The notes under the pieces were generated by a model. That model made no database searches. It was not told where the DNA came from and was given only the letters and a program-made list of their open reading frames with translations. Positions 19,517-30,392 of a DNA stretch of 64,000 nt are shown one piece after another (the first letter of the stretch is position 1; every line of letters starts with the position of its first letter). The translations under genes and the position numbers were made by a program. Origin of the DNA: a virus (Duplodnaviria > Caudoviricetes); the IMG/VR virus record IMGVR_UViG_3300028833_000068, positions 96,001-160,000 of that record; one strand, written 5' to 3'.

Positions 19517-22500
19517 TTATTGCTTATTCTCTAGATTTTCCAATCTTGCTTTCAAGTCCATTATGGTGTTCTTCAAAGCTTCATTTTCATTCTCAAGATA
19601 GCCAATCTTAAGCATCATTAATGATGTATAATCAACTGCCTTATAGCCATCTTCCTTGGTGAAAACAATCTCATTAAGACCTTGTTCTTCAACCTCTTGT
19701 GCAATGATACCATAGACCTTATCCTTATTTGGATTATCCTTGAAGTTGAATTCCTTAATCTCAACCTTTCTTGCTGCAATCTTCTTGTTGATGTCAGCAT
19801 TGTTGATATTCTCTTTCAAGTTAACGTCTGATGAATAGATTGCACTAGTTGCAGTAATTTGTCCAGCAACGTTTAAAGAACCTGGAACATTAAGAGTTGT
19901 TGTAGCTGCATCCCAGTTTGTAAGATGTTGCAACTGATTTGCAATTCTCAATGTTGTTGCAGTTGACCCATTATAGGTTGTATCACTTGTGCTAGGAACG
20001 CCAGTTTGTACTGTAAGTGCTGCCAAATCATTTGTAAGTTCACTCGTACTAGTAGGCACTGTGATGTTAATCGTTGAAACACCAGTTGGATTATAAGTTC
20101 CAACATTTGTGCCATTCTTCTGAATTGTAAGTGTTTGAACTCCACTCAAATGGCTTAAATTACTTGGAATATTAAATGATTTTCCAGTCGAACCATTATA
20201 TCCAGCACCATCGGCAGATGGAGCGCCTAAAGCCCAAGTAAGCGAACTCAAGTCATTTGTGAATGCCTTTATTGTTGTTGGTAAACTAAATGTTGCATTT
20301 CCATCCTTTGGATTAAATGTAGTAGTTCCACCAGTTTGGTCTTTTAAGGTAAGAGTGCCAACACCATCCAAATGAGACAATGAGCTTGGAATTGTAATAC
20401 CCTTTGCGCTAGAACCATTATATCCAGTAGAATCAGCAATCGGTGTACCTAATGACCAAGTTAATTTCTCTAGGTCATTGTCCAAATCACTTATTTTAGT
20501 TACTCCAGTGATAGTAATTGCTGTACTAGTTCCTGGATGGAATGTAACAGTATTCAAACCTTGTGTTATGGTAAAAGTGCTATTCTTAATGGTGTTTTCA
20601 ACTCCAGTTGCACGACTAATTTCATTAGTAATTGCAGTTTGTAATTCAGTTTCAGCACTAGTTGCACGTGTTACCTCATTGCTGATTGCAGTTTGTAAGT
20701 TTCCACTAATAGCATTTACTTCTGATTTTGTATAATAATTGCTTGGGTCAAATATTTGATTAAGTTCAATTTTTATAGTTTCTTGACCAGCATCTGTATT
20801 AAATACTATAACAAGTTGTCTATTAGTGTTATCAAGATATACTGAATTAACCATTCCATCCTTAATGAAATTAGTTGCATCAATGCTATCTATAATTACA
20901 CCATTTTTATTTTTGAAATCAATGGTTTTACCACTTGGGTTATAGTCAGCGTAATGAACAGCATCAGCCTTTCTTTCACTGATTTCAGTGTTAAGCGCTG
21001 TTTGTAACGTTGTCTCAGCATTAGTTGCACGTGTAACTTCATTATCAATTGCAGTTCGCAATGCTGTATCAGCAGTTGTACGATTAGTAATCTCAGTTTC
21101 TAATGCGCCACTTAATGCATTATCAAAGTTTGTTGAACGAGTAACTTCTGCTGTCAAGTCAGCTTGCAATTGGTCATCTCTATTACTTGAACGAGTAATC
21201 TCAGCATTAAGATTTGAAGTTAATGTGCTCTCAGCATTAGTTGCACGTGTTCTCTCAGTATCAATTGCAGTATTCAATGCTGTTTCAGCACTTTGAGCAC
21301 GATTCTTCTCTGCTGTAATCTTATCATCTAAGTCATTCTCAGCATTGGTTGCACGAGTTACCTCATTACTGATTGCAGTTTCATTTGCAGAAATCTTAGT
21401 ATCATGTTCATTATCCTTTGCAACTGAATGACTAATCTCATTATCAAGCTTAGTGTTAAGAGTTGTTTCTGCGCTGATTGCACGATTTGTCTCAGTTACA
21501 ATTTCATTATGTAATGTTGTCTCAGCACTCGTTGCACGAGTAGTTTCTGCTATTAAATCTGTGCGCAATTGATTTTCAACTCCAGTCGCACGAGTTTCCT
21601 CTGCATTAACATCATTGATTCTATCTTGAATCTCAGTGTTCAATGCTCCGCTTAAAGCGTTAAACTTAGCAGTTACATTATTAGTGTCAGCAGTTGTAAA
21701 TCCAGTACCAATCTTATCGGTTAGAATTGTTTCAGCACTAATAGCACGATTTCTTTCCTCAGTGTCCGCACTAACTCTATAATCTATCTCCTCATTAATT
21801 AGATTTCTTAATGCATTATCTTCACTTGCTCTATCAATACCTTCTTGGATAAGTTTATCATTTAATACACCAAACTGATATGTAACTGTTTCAAATGCAT
21901 TACTAGAGAAACCGCTACCAATCGTTGATTTAATATCTGATATATCATTGTCGTGCTCATGGTCCTTTTGTTCAGAACGCTCAATTTCAGCATTTAATAC
22001 ATCTCTTATTTCATTTTCAACACTAGTTGCACGTTGTATCTCGTGATTAATATCATAAGCATTCTTAGTAATACCACTATTTGAAACATAGAGTGCATTG
22101 TTTTCATAATCAATTACGAGAATATTATCATCTTTTGGTGATGTTGTTGCACTAGCATAAAGAATGTCTGAACCAGTTGCAGCACTAACTCTTCTTAACT
22201 TAATTGCTTGGTTATCGTTGTCATCAGCTGGTTTCCATTCATTAATTAATCCTCTCAAAGGAATACGCTCCTCTTTACGAGTTGTTCCTGAATAGTAGAC
22301 AATAACCAATGTCTCGTCACTTGGGTCATAGGTTATGCTATCAATGAATGAAATATTGTCAACAACTGCCTCTCTAGTATTAACACCAGTAGACTGAGTT
22401 GAGTCTGAATAGTAAAGTATAATCTTTGTGCCCCCACTATAATTTTCAGTCTTCAAATCAATAAAATTAAATAAACCATCTTCTAATAGTCTGATTGTAT

Positions 22501-24274
22501 TACCACTTTGAGAACTTAAGTTAACCTTAATATCAGCCTTTTTACCTACTTGAGGATATGCAATATCGCCAATTTCTACGTTGATTGATGAATCAGCACT
22601 GATAGTCTTTAAGCTTGCTTGCGTGTTTGCACTAAGTTCAGCAATCTCATTATCATGTTTTGTATCAGCACTTTCAGAACGAGCAATCTCAGTATCAATC
22701 TTACCACTTAATGTATCAAGGACGTTCTTAACAGTTGTTGCTCCAGTTACATCATACTTGATGTTATCAGCTTCACCCCTTACATAAAGCTCATGGTTTC
22801 TATCTTCTAGAATATTATGTGCGGCTGTTGTTGCAATTTTAGCATCGGCAGAAAGCTTATCCTTTCCAGCAACATCTCTGTTTTTATAAAGATTAATATT
22901 ATGTCCTTCATTAAAGACATCCCACTCATCTATCATTTTCCCAATAGGGATTCTGACTATTTTTTCTTCTCCCTTATCATCAGTGTATGTTAAAACAAGT
23001 TCTTCTGTGACTGTATCATAGTAAATGTATTTAAACACTTCAACAGTATTAAGTTCAATTTCTGTTTTTTTGTCAACAATTTGTCCATTATCATTTAAAC
23101 TAGATACTTTGAAAATAAGTTTATTCTCATTGGAAATATATTCAAGTTTTGAACTTGCAAAAAAACCATCAACTTTATTAACAATAATATTATTACTATC
23201 ATTAGATAACTTTAGTTTAGTTAACTCGTCAAGAACAGATTTAACACTAGTTTTTTCTCCGTCTTTATAGTATATAATATTACTTGCTTTTCCATCAACA
23301 TATAAACATCTTCCATCACTTGTTCTATTGAGAATATTACTAGATGTGGCAAGTTTTTCATATTGCTTAGTTATAGGATTAATGGTTTCATCTTTAATTC
23401 TAATGTCAGCACTTAATATATCTTGGTTTGGTTTATGATGAACATAATCTGGGCTATCCATCTTTACCTCAGTTTTTGTGAGAATAACTGGAGTTTTAGT
23501 TCCTTCATCCACTGTCCATTCATCAATCAAATTAGTGCAATCAATCTTAACTGGTTCATCAATATCCTTAATATCTAACCATATTGATTGGTCTTCAATA
23601 TGATATGTACCACCAGTCACATAATGATTAAGAAGAGGAACAGTAGTTCCACTTTCATCATTAACCTTAAAAGTAAACTCTTCTTTTTCTTCATCATAAT
23701 TAAGGTCAATGTAGATGAATAAACCTTCATATTTTTTATCACCAGTAGGGTTGGTTACTATTCTTAGGTCATTTTTTCTAACAATTCCTTCTTCTGGAAA
23801 TATTGTAGATTCTGCGACCTTAACTTCACCGCTAATGAAAGTACTATCATCAGTCTTTTCTGCAAACATATTTAAGGTGGTACTGCTCAATGCAGTAACA
23901 GTAAGACTCTTGATTGCATCTTCAAGAGCTTGACCAAGGTCTTCGATTTCAGCTTCTGTTTTATCAATATCGATAATACAAAATTTATTATAGTCATTTG
24001 TCCACCCATCTTCATTTGTGTCTGCACCGATACAGAACATTATATGAGGTTCTTCACCATCAATAGCATATCTAAGAATAGTAGGTTCTGCCAAAAGAGA
24101 ACGTCCATAGTGAGGCTCGTCACCTTCTAGTACCTCGTTACGCCATATATCTTCATAAATATACTTTTTTGCTGCGCTTCTAGCTTTATCTAAAGTTGGA
24201 GCAGTAAACACATCACTGTGGTGTCTAAATTGTAATCTATTAATCGTATTCATTGTATATATTTTTTCTTTCAA
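19517..24274 (-). CDS. Long tail fibre protein with C-terminal peptidase S74 intramolecular chaperone
   Basis: Three I(D/N)EW..NIL..LYV modules, ExxRAxxAE coiled-coil repeats, three NDL..LT....GYNGS-type repeats, SDVNLKENI..YGIIAQEV..VDY chaperone. Confidence 0.88.
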   Translation of the reverse strand: MKEKIYTMNTINRLQFRHHSDVFTAPTLDKARSAAKKYIYEDIWRNEVLEGDEPHYGRSLLAEPTILRYAIDGEEPHIMFCIGADTNEDGWTNDYNKFCIIDIDKTEAEIEDLGQALEDAIKSLTVTALSSTTLNMFAEKTDDSTFISGEVKVAESTIFPEEGIVRKNDLRIVTNPTGDKKYEGLFIYIDLNYDEEKEEFTFKVNDESGTTVPLLNHYVTGGTYHIEDQSIWLDIKDIDEPVKIDCTNLIDEWTVDEGTKTPVILTKTEVKMDSPDYVHHKPNQDILSADIRIKDETINPITKQYEKLATSSNILNRTSDGRCLYVDGKASNIIYYKDGEKTSVKSVLDELTKLKLSNDSNNIIVNKVDGFFASSKLEYISNENKLIFKVSSLNDNGQIVDKKTEIELNTVEVFKYIYYDTVTEELVLTYTDDKGEEKIVRIPIGKMIDEWDVFNEGHNINLYKNRDVAGKDKLSADAKIATTAAHNILEDRNHELYVRGEADNIKYDVTGATTVKNVLDTLSGKIDTEIARSESADTKHDNEIAELSANTQASLKTISADSSINVEIGDIAYPQVGKKADIKVNLSSQSGNTIRLLEDGLFNFIDLKTENYSGGTKIILYYSDSTQSTGVNTREAVVDNISFIDSITYDPSDETLVIVYYSGTTRKEERIPLRGLINEWKPADDNDNQAIKLRRVSAATGSDILYASATTSPKDDNILVIDYENNALYVSNSGITKNAYDINHEIQRATSVENEIRDVLNAEIERSEQKDHEHDNDISDIKSTIGSGFSSNAFETVTYQFGVLNDKLIQEGIDRASEDNALRNLINEEIDYRVSADTEERNRAISAETILTDKIGTGFTTADTNNVTAKFNALSGALNTEIQDRINDVNAEETRATGVENQLRTDLIAETTRATSAETTLHNEIVTETNRAISAETTLNTKLDNEISHSVAKDNEHDTKISANETAISNEVTRATNAENDLDDKITAEKNRAQSAETALNTAIDTERTRATNAESTLTSNLNAEITRSSNRDDQLQADLTAEVTRSTNFDNALSGALETEITNRTTADTALRTAIDNEVTRATNAETTLQTALNTEISERKADAVHYADYNPSGKTIDFKNKNGVIIDSIDATNFIKDGMVNSVYLDNTNRQLVIVFNTDAGQETIKIELNQIFDPSNYYTKSEVNAISGNLQTAISNEVTRATSAETELQTAITNEISRATGVENTIKNSTFTITQGLNTVTFHPGTSTAITITGVTKISDLDNDLEKLTWSLGTPIADSTGYNGSSAKGITIPSSLSHLDGVGTLTLKDQTGGTTTFNPKDGNATFSLPTTIKAFTNDLSSLTWALGAPSADGAGYNGSTGKSFNIPSNLSHLSGVQTLTIQKNGTNVGTYNPTGVSTINITVPTSTSELTNDLAALTVQTGVPSTSDTTYNGSTATTLRIANQLQHLTNWDAATTTLNVPGSLNVAGQITATSAIYSSDVNLKENINNADINKKIAARKVEIKEFNFKDNPNKDKVYGIIAQEVEEQGLNEIVFTKEDGYKAVDYTSLMMLKIGYLENENEALKNTIMDLKARLENLENKQ

Positions 24275-24279
24275 TGTTA

Positions 24280-26460
24280 TTAAATCTCACCAAAGTTTCC
24301 ATCAAACTTAACTTTTATGAAATGGTCTGGATTCTTGTCCTTTGACTCAAGAACTAAATTGAAGTCATTTTTTTCAACACTAGCCGACATCGTATATGCA
24401 CTGCTAGTATCTATGGTTAAACCACTAATCTCATCCTCCCTTTCTTTTGCTCTTTCTGTCTCAGCATCTATCTTTTCATCTAATGCTGTATCAGCAGAAA
24501 TTCTTTCTTCACGTTCAGTGTCAATTGCGCCACTTAAAGCCTCATCAACAGCTTCACGCTCTGCTCTCTCATCTTCAATTGCGCCACTTAGAATCTCATC
24601 ACCCTCAATTCTAGCCTCAGTTTCAGCACTAAGCATGTCTAATAATTCAGTAGTGGTACTTGATATAGCATCAATTGCATCCCAAATCTCAGTATCAGCA
24701 GATTCTCTAATCTGTCTCTCTTCTTCAAGAGCATCCTCAAGGTCTGTGATTGCACTAATGGTATATGCTGAAAGTTCATCAATTTCATATTGAAGGATGG
24801 TGTCTCCAGAAATACGAGCATCTCTTTCTTCATCAATTAATGGAATTACAATGTCAAGTATTCTCTCTGTGATTAAGTCATCAGTATTCTTAAGATATTT
24901 ATCACAATTTTCGACATATACTCTATACTCTAGATTCTTTTGTTTAGCATCTGGGTCAAAACATGGATTCTGAATAACAATGGTATCACCTTCATTCATC
25001 ACTTTCTTTTCCCAATATCTACCGTTGTATTCATTAATGAACATTTCAACTCTAGATTCAAGAATGTGCCCACCATTCACTAGTAATACCTCTGCATCCT
25101 TGCCTTCAGTTTCAAAACCCTTCTTGTCAGCAAAGTTTGTTGCAAGCCAAACTTGTCCACTCTCTGGCATTAATATTGCCTTATACAGCACGCCATCAAT
25201 ATATTCTGAATCACGATAATTAGAACCATCATAATCCTTCACAAGCCTTACACTATAATAAGGAGTTGGGCATTCAGCAACTTGCCATACACCACCCTTG
25301 TCATAGTCAAATACCTTAACATATGTATCTTGACCTTCAGCAATTTCAGTAGTTGTCCAAAAGAATGCTTGCTCAGTAATACCTTGATATTTTTGACCAT
25401 TCTTATAATAACCACTTCCAGCTGGAAGTACCTTCATTCCATACTTATCAACTCCCTTTGCATCTTCATTAATTGGATTCTCATTTGGAGTAACATCAGT
25501 GTTATCGAATATATAATCATCAGAATCATCACTAGCATTAGATGCTGTTGATGAACAAGTTCCAATATATGGTTTAGTACCACTACAAGTGCATTGCTCT
25601 TGTCCTACCCAACCACACTCTGACTTAAGATACTTACCAGCCACCTTACCAAGCTCAACATGACATTGTGCCGAATTGTGGTTTCTATATTCACAAGGTT
25701 CAATAGAATTCAATAGTTTATCCCAATCAGCCTTAGATGGAACACGCCAGTAATACTTTCTATCACTAACTTCCTTGCAAATTTCATTCACATCATATTC
25801 AAGGTCAAGAAGTTCTTGAATCTTCTTAACACCATTACCATTGTAAAGATATCCATAGTCATTCACCTTCTCCTTGGTCACATATCTAGTACCATTCTCA
25901 GCATCAGTTGGCAAAGTTCCACCATCAGTCAAGTCAATGACCTTTATGGCTGGAGCTAACATACCAGTTTTCTCAACTCCAGCAATACCAAGAGGAGATT
26001 TCATAGTACCCAATCCCCTTAATGTGTTGTCACTGATAACCTTTGTCAACACATCATTACCGATGACATCTATGAGGTTGTCTGCTGTGATGATGTTCTC
26101 AATTGTTGTTGATTTTTCACCATCGTCATCCTTGTAAGTAATAGTTAATGTAACACCATTTTTGTCGCCACATTCAGTAACGGTATTGAAATCATATGTG
26201 AAGTTTTTATCGATTGTTGTATCAATATCTACTTTAATCTCTTGACCATTATTTCTTGTAATGATAAGAGTACCATCTGACTTCGTACAGTCTTCACCCC
26301 TTACAAAAGTTGCAGCACTGATGTCATAATCCTTGAGAGTAAGGAAGTTACTGTCTATCTCCCCGATAGATAGTTTACAATTTTTTGTAATATCGATCGG
26401 TTTTCCATGCTCATCATAGTAATTAGAATTAACCTTATAGAAAAAAAGACTTTCTGCCAT
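24280..26460 (-). CDS. FISUMP (Fib_succ_major) domain plus acidic coiled-coil virion/fibre protein
   Basis: YGYLY, WRVPSKADW, AGKYLKS..GW, DKYGMKVLPAG, FFWTTT, SVRLVKD; E..AR...D repeats. Confidence 0.82.
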   Translation of the reverse strand: MAESLFFYKVNSNYYDEHGKPIDITKNCKLSIGEIDSNFLTLKDYDISAATFVRGEDCTKSDGTLIITRNNGQEIKVDIDTTIDKNFTYDFNTVTECGDKNGVTLTITYKDDDGEKSTTIENIITADNLIDVIGNDVLTKVISDNTLRGLGTMKSPLGIAGVEKTGMLAPAIKVIDLTDGGTLPTDAENGTRYVTKEKVNDYGYLYNGNGVKKIQELLDLEYDVNEICKEVSDRKYYWRVPSKADWDKLLNSIEPCEYRNHNSAQCHVELGKVAGKYLKSECGWVGQEQCTCSGTKPYIGTCSSTASNASDDSDDYIFDNTDVTPNENPINEDAKGVDKYGMKVLPAGSGYYKNGQKYQGITEQAFFWTTTEIAEGQDTYVKVFDYDKGGVWQVAECPTPYYSVRLVKDYDGSNYRDSEYIDGVLYKAILMPESGQVWLATNFADKKGFETEGKDAEVLLVNGGHILESRVEMFINEYNGRYWEKKVMNEGDTIVIQNPCFDPDAKQKNLEYRVYVENCDKYLKNTDDLITERILDIVIPLIDEERDARISGDTILQYEIDELSAYTISAITDLEDALEEERQIRESADTEIWDAIDAISSTTTELLDMLSAETEARIEGDEILSGAIEDERAEREAVDEALSGAIDTEREERISADTALDEKIDAETERAKEREDEISGLTIDTSSAYTMSASVEKNDFNLVLESKDKNPDHFIKVKFDGNFGEI

Positions 26461-26578
26461 ATTTTTTTATTATTTTTTATTTTATTATTTTCTTTAAAAA
26501 TAAATATCAAAAACTTTCAGATATAATCTATTTATTGGTGATATATTATTATAAATCCTACAAATTTTTGAAAAAAAT

Positions 26579-26905
26579 ATGAGACACCCAAAAGGATATT
26601 GGAAAAATAGGGAAAATATGATGGCTGAAGCCAAGAAATATTTAACCAAAGATGAGTTTAAAAAAGGAAACCTTACGGCATTCTTAATGTCGTATAAATA
26701 TGGTTTCATAGACGAAATGCACTGGCTAGTCAAACAGAAACAACACAAGAACGGATATTGGACTTACAAACATATTGAGGAAGAGGCATTGAAGTATAAT
26801 ACCAAGACAGAATTCTTCAAGGGAAATCAAACAGCATATAGAGCAGCATTAAAACTAGGAATAATAGATGATTTCTTCATGCTTAATGACTACATACAAA
26901 ACTAA
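26579..26905 (+). CDS. Homing-endonuclease-type DNA-binding repeat protein lacking a nuclease domain
   Basis: Two GYW....EA.KY.TK.EF.KGN..A repeats. Confidence 0.65.
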   Translation: MRHPKGYWKNRENMMAEAKKYLTKDEFKKGNLTAFLMSYKYGFIDEMHWLVKQKQHKNGYWTYKHIEEEALKYNTKTEFFKGNQTAYRAALKLGIIDDFFMLNDYIQN

Positions 26906-26938
26906 AAAAGAGCAACCATTATTGATTACTCTTTTTTC
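26905..26938. terminator. Bidirectional terminator
   Basis: AAAAAGAG..CTCTTTTTT hairpin between convergent genes. Confidence 0.65.
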
Positions 26939-26943
26939 TATTG

Positions 26944-27600
26944 TTATTCCCATCCTTTTCCTTTGGTATACTTAGATTTTCCACTATAATAATCATGCAT
27001 ATCATTTGCCATTGAGATTTTTATTTTATCATGAAACAATTTATTGTTACTTATTTTATTTATTAAGAAATTTAATATTTTTTGGTTTATTTTTGAATCA
27101 TCTAAATTTGGAAATTTATTCACAAACTTATCATAAAGTTCATACTCTTCATCAAAATCACGGTCACTAGACCAAGAACGCTCATTGTTTGATAATTTAA
27201 TCTCAATCCTTTTTAAATACTTATGCAAAGGATATATATCCAAGTTATACAATCTTTCTTCTGCTTCACCTTTTCCATCAAAAGCAAAAGGCTGTAATCT
27301 TGCACCACGCAAATTCTGAATCATATCGCCATCAAACACGAAACAAACTGAACTTCCTTTACTTTGTATGTTATAATTTTTATCTCTTGTAAATGAAATA
27401 CATGGTTTGCTAGATATATCTTCTTCACTAGAAGGGACATTAGCTCTCAAACAATCATCATCAACAATCCAAGATGCTTGTATAAGGCTAGTATAATGAT
27501 ATAGTTCTCCATGATAGTTTTCATTTATATTTTGTCTTAAATAACTATCTATCGTTTCCCTAATAATCGATTTAACTCTATTTTGATTTATTCTTCTCAT
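26944..27600 (-). CDS. Putative ADP-ribosyltransferase-fold protein with N-terminal tag
   Basis: VKSIIRETIDSYL..INE leader; LYHYTS, ISFTR, EAEE motifs. Confidence 0.55.
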   Translation of the reverse strand: MRRINQNRVKSIIRETIDSYLRQNINENYHGELYHYTSLIQASWIVDDDCLRANVPSSEEDISSKPCISFTRDKNYNIQSKGSSVCFVFDGDMIQNLRGARLQPFAFDGKGEAEERLYNLDIYPLHKYLKRIEIKLSNNERSWSSDRDFDEEYELYDKFVNKFPNLDDSKINQKILNFLINKISNNKLFHDKIKISMANDMHDYYSGKSKYTKGKGWE

Positions 27601-29563
27601 ACTTATAATTATGTTCAATTATCATTTGTTCCATGAAGCAATTATATATCTTGAATGAAGAAAGGTATCCAATAAATGTTCCTGCAAAATATTTTTCAAG
27701 TGGGTATACCCTTGTTGGATTCAGCATATAATTTCTTTGTATTGTTTCAGCAAGACCTTGCGTACCGCCACCAATGGATATGTTATACGGTACTCCCTCT
27801 TGTTTCTCATAGAGTTCATTCAATGCCTTTAAATTAATCATTGGGAGGTCTTTTGTTATATATACTAGTTTACCATTAACATAAAAGAAAAGTTTCATTT
27901 TACCAAATACATTTGTCATCCTAACATTAACTGTACACCATTCACAACTTGGTATTACATTTTCGAATGAATATCCTTCAATGATATTTGTCTTATCCCT
28001 TCCTTCCTTCTCACAATCCATTACAAGCATCCTATAACCTATTTCACCCTTATCTGTTATTCTAAAGGCTAAGGCATTGTTATATAGGTCGTTATATGGG
28101 TTATAATCATTTGCTGATTGGTCTCTTAAGGCATCAATATTGGATATGGTATATCCAGTCTTGGTACGATTCATCAAGATGAAGAGATTGCCTTTGAATT
28201 GGCTCTTGCGTCCCATATACATAAACTGAGTTCCTTCAACCCAATTGGAAACTGTCTTACCTGTCTTGGTTCTATCGAAGAACAAGAACTTATTATCAGT
28301 ATAAAAATAATATTGGTTTGCTTCAGATAACTTAAAGCCATCATTGGTTTGATATTCGAAATCAGATATATCTAACTCAGGTTCAATATAATCCCTTGCT
28401 TCATCCAAACCCATTACTTCACCATTGTCGAATATATAATCGTCACCAAATTCATCGCATCCATTTAATTCATTTCCATTATAATTTGGATTTTTCTTTT
28501 TCTTATACGATATTGGACATCCACATCCGTGAAAGAATGGAATTAATATGAATTCATTATCTTCATCACCCCCATTTTCACCGCAACACCAAGTAAGCGT
28601 TTTATAAGGTAAATCTGAATCACAAGGTATTACCTTTGGCTTTCTATTTGATTCTATATCAAGATAATCTGACATGTCATCCCAATCACATTCATCTCTT
28701 TCAAATAAATCAATATCATAATATCTATAGTTGGTATAATCTCCCAATTCAAATGGGTCACATCCATCAAAATCAGGATTTGGATTATAAAAGTTTCCAA
28801 TAATATAATCTTTCTTATCTATTTCTCCACCTTCAACATAATCATCAACACCCAATTCATAACACTCCTCAAGTCCATCTACATCGTCTTTGTCATACAT
28901 ATAAATCCACTTGTTTTCTGCCCTCGTTCCAATGTAGAAGAATATACCTTTATTCTGAGGATATTTATCATTCAATGTCTTATTTGATTCCTTATCTAAG
29001 TCACATCTTTTTAATGTGAATTCAAGATTCAATGTGTCTCCATGTTCAAATGACGTTGGTAATACTTGATACTTATCGCACTCAGTCTTGAAAAAGCCTT
29101 GAAAAAAACCCCCATTAAGTTTCACAGAGCCGTTTTCTATATGAAGTGGGTAGTCATACTGCAAGGTATTTCCAGACACAGCATGGAGCTTTAAACGAGT
29201 GTCATTTTCAACAATTTCAAACTTGTTCTTTTGAAATAATTCGAAGAAGTCTTTATTTGAAATTCTATCCTTACGGAATGTAAATAAACCATTATCCACC
29301 CCAGTATATGTTATATTATATAATGTATAACCCAAAGATATGGATTTATCCCAAGTATAACCACTTTTACTATATATCCAATTATTACTGTCAAAACAAT
29401 CTTCATCTGACAAATCTATATATGATATTAAACAATCATCATATAACCCATCCTTTATTCTGAATGAGCCATAAGAGTCTTTATTCACATAAAAATCCCA
29501 ATATTCATCTCTATTAATCCTTAATTTAAGATTATGATAGTTGTTTACCTTTAAATTTGCCAT
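27578..29563 (-). CDS. Putative virion protein with concanavalin/LamG-like beta-sandwich segments
   Basis: KLFFYVNGKLV, ISIGGGTQGL, FIGYLSSFKIYN; late motif upstream. Confidence 0.65.
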   Translation of the reverse strand: MANLKVNNYHNLKLRINRDEYWDFYVNKDSYGSFRIKDGLYDDCLISYIDLSDEDCFDSNNWIYSKSGYTWDKSISLGYTLYNITYTGVDNGLFTFRKDRISNKDFFELFQKNKFEIVENDTRLKLHAVSGNTLQYDYPLHIENGSVKLNGGFFQGFFKTECDKYQVLPTSFEHGDTLNLEFTLKRCDLDKESNKTLNDKYPQNKGIFFYIGTRAENKWIYMYDKDDVDGLEECYELGVDDYVEGGEIDKKDYIIGNFYNPNPDFDGCDPFELGDYTNYRYYDIDLFERDECDWDDMSDYLDIESNRKPKVIPCDSDLPYKTLTWCCGENGGDEDNEFILIPFFHGCGCPISYKKKKNPNYNGNELNGCDEFGDDYIFDNGEVMGLDEARDYIEPELDISDFEYQTNDGFKLSEANQYYFYTDNKFLFFDRTKTGKTVSNWVEGTQFMYMGRKSQFKGNLFILMNRTKTGYTISNIDALRDQSANDYNPYNDLYNNALAFRITDKGEIGYRMLVMDCEKEGRDKTNIIEGYSFENVIPSCEWCTVNVRMTNVFGKMKLFFYVNGKLVYITKDLPMINLKALNELYEKQEGVPYNISIGGGTQGLAETIQRNYMLNPTRVYPLEKYFAGTFIGYLSSFKIYNCFMEQMIIEHNYKYEKNKSK

Positions 29564-29588
29564 TATATAATGTAATTAATTCTCTTTA

Positions 29589-29600
29589 ATAAATATTTAT
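29589..29600. promoter_or_regulatory. Palindromic bidirectional late motif ATAAATATTTAT
   Basis: Perfect palindrome between divergent genes, giving ATATTTAT on both strands. Confidence 0.65.
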
Positions 29601-29621
29601 ATGAAATAAAAGAAGATACTT

Positions 29622-29870
29622 ATGAAAGTAATTAATTTAAATGAATCTCAGTTTGGAAGATTGTTTGAAGGTGTAACTGACGCAGACTTTGGAACAAGTT
29701 CAGTTCCAGAATTTGATAGTAAAGACCAAGTTGAACTTCAACCAACAATTACAGATAAAGGTGGTAGTCCTAAAAAGGCTAATCCAATAGACAGCAATGA
29801 GTTTGCTGATGAAATGTGCCCACAAGGATGGGGATTCATTGGCGGTAAAAATGCTTCAAGACCAGTTTAA
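29622..29870 (+). CDS. Small tag-bearing protein
   Basis: MKVINLNESQFGRLFE N-terminus. Confidence 0.75.
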   Translation: MKVINLNESQFGRLFEGVTDADFGTSSVPEFDSKDQVELQPTITDKGGSPKKANPIDSNEFADEMCPQGWGFIGGKNASRPV

Positions 29871-29873
29871 ACT

Positions 29874-30392
29874 ATGTCATTAATAATAGAAGATTCACAG
29901 AAAGTGACACAAAGGAAAATTCCAGTTCCTAAGAATGCTCAACAAGTTTTTAGTGCATTATATAATGCGCTAGAACCAACTATGGGTAAAAATAACCTCA
30001 AGAACCTTAAAAACCTTGCAACTGATAAGACTTATAATAAAAAAGGTGAGGAAACAAAGAAAAATGGTAAAGAACAAGGTGTTAACTATGTGAATATTGA
30101 TGTTGCAAAAATGAGAAAAAGCAGATGGCCAAATGACCCATTACAACAAATGGCACAAGGTGGACAACTTGCTTATGATTTATATGACAAGGGCATTGAA
30201 AAGGCAAGAAGACAAGAAGAAATTCCTCCAGTAGAGCCACCAAAGCCTACAAGCGATGCTGACGTTAAACCAAGCGATGTGAAGGTAAAACAAATAGAAC
30301 TTCCTAGCGGAACTATCTCATATAATGAGAATAAAGAGATTGGTAAAAAAATATACATAACTGAAAAACAAGTTATTAAATTGAAAAAATGA
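29874..30392 (+). CDS. Hypothetical protein with C-terminal KKIYITEKQ tag
   Basis: 172 aa ORF. Confidence 0.75.
   Translation: MSLIIEDSQKVTQRKIPVPKNAQQVFSALYNALEPTMGKNNLKNLKNLATDKTYNKKGEETKKNGKEQGVNYVNIDVAKMRKSRWPNDPLQQMAQGGQLAYDLYDKGIEKARRQEEIPPVEPPKPTSDADVKPSDVKVKQIELPSGTISYNENKEIGKKIYITEKQVIKLKK

Noticed and set aside
20600-22040. Regularly spaced GTTGCACG-type DNA repeats resembling a CRISPR array
   Set aside because: They encode the ExxRAT coiled-coil repeat inside the tail fibre ORF; they are degenerate and no cas genes are present
15599-26460. Diversity-generating retroelement targeting the FISUMP or LRR genes
   Set aside because: No reverse transcriptase and no template/variable repeat pair with adenine-specific mismatches is visible in the window
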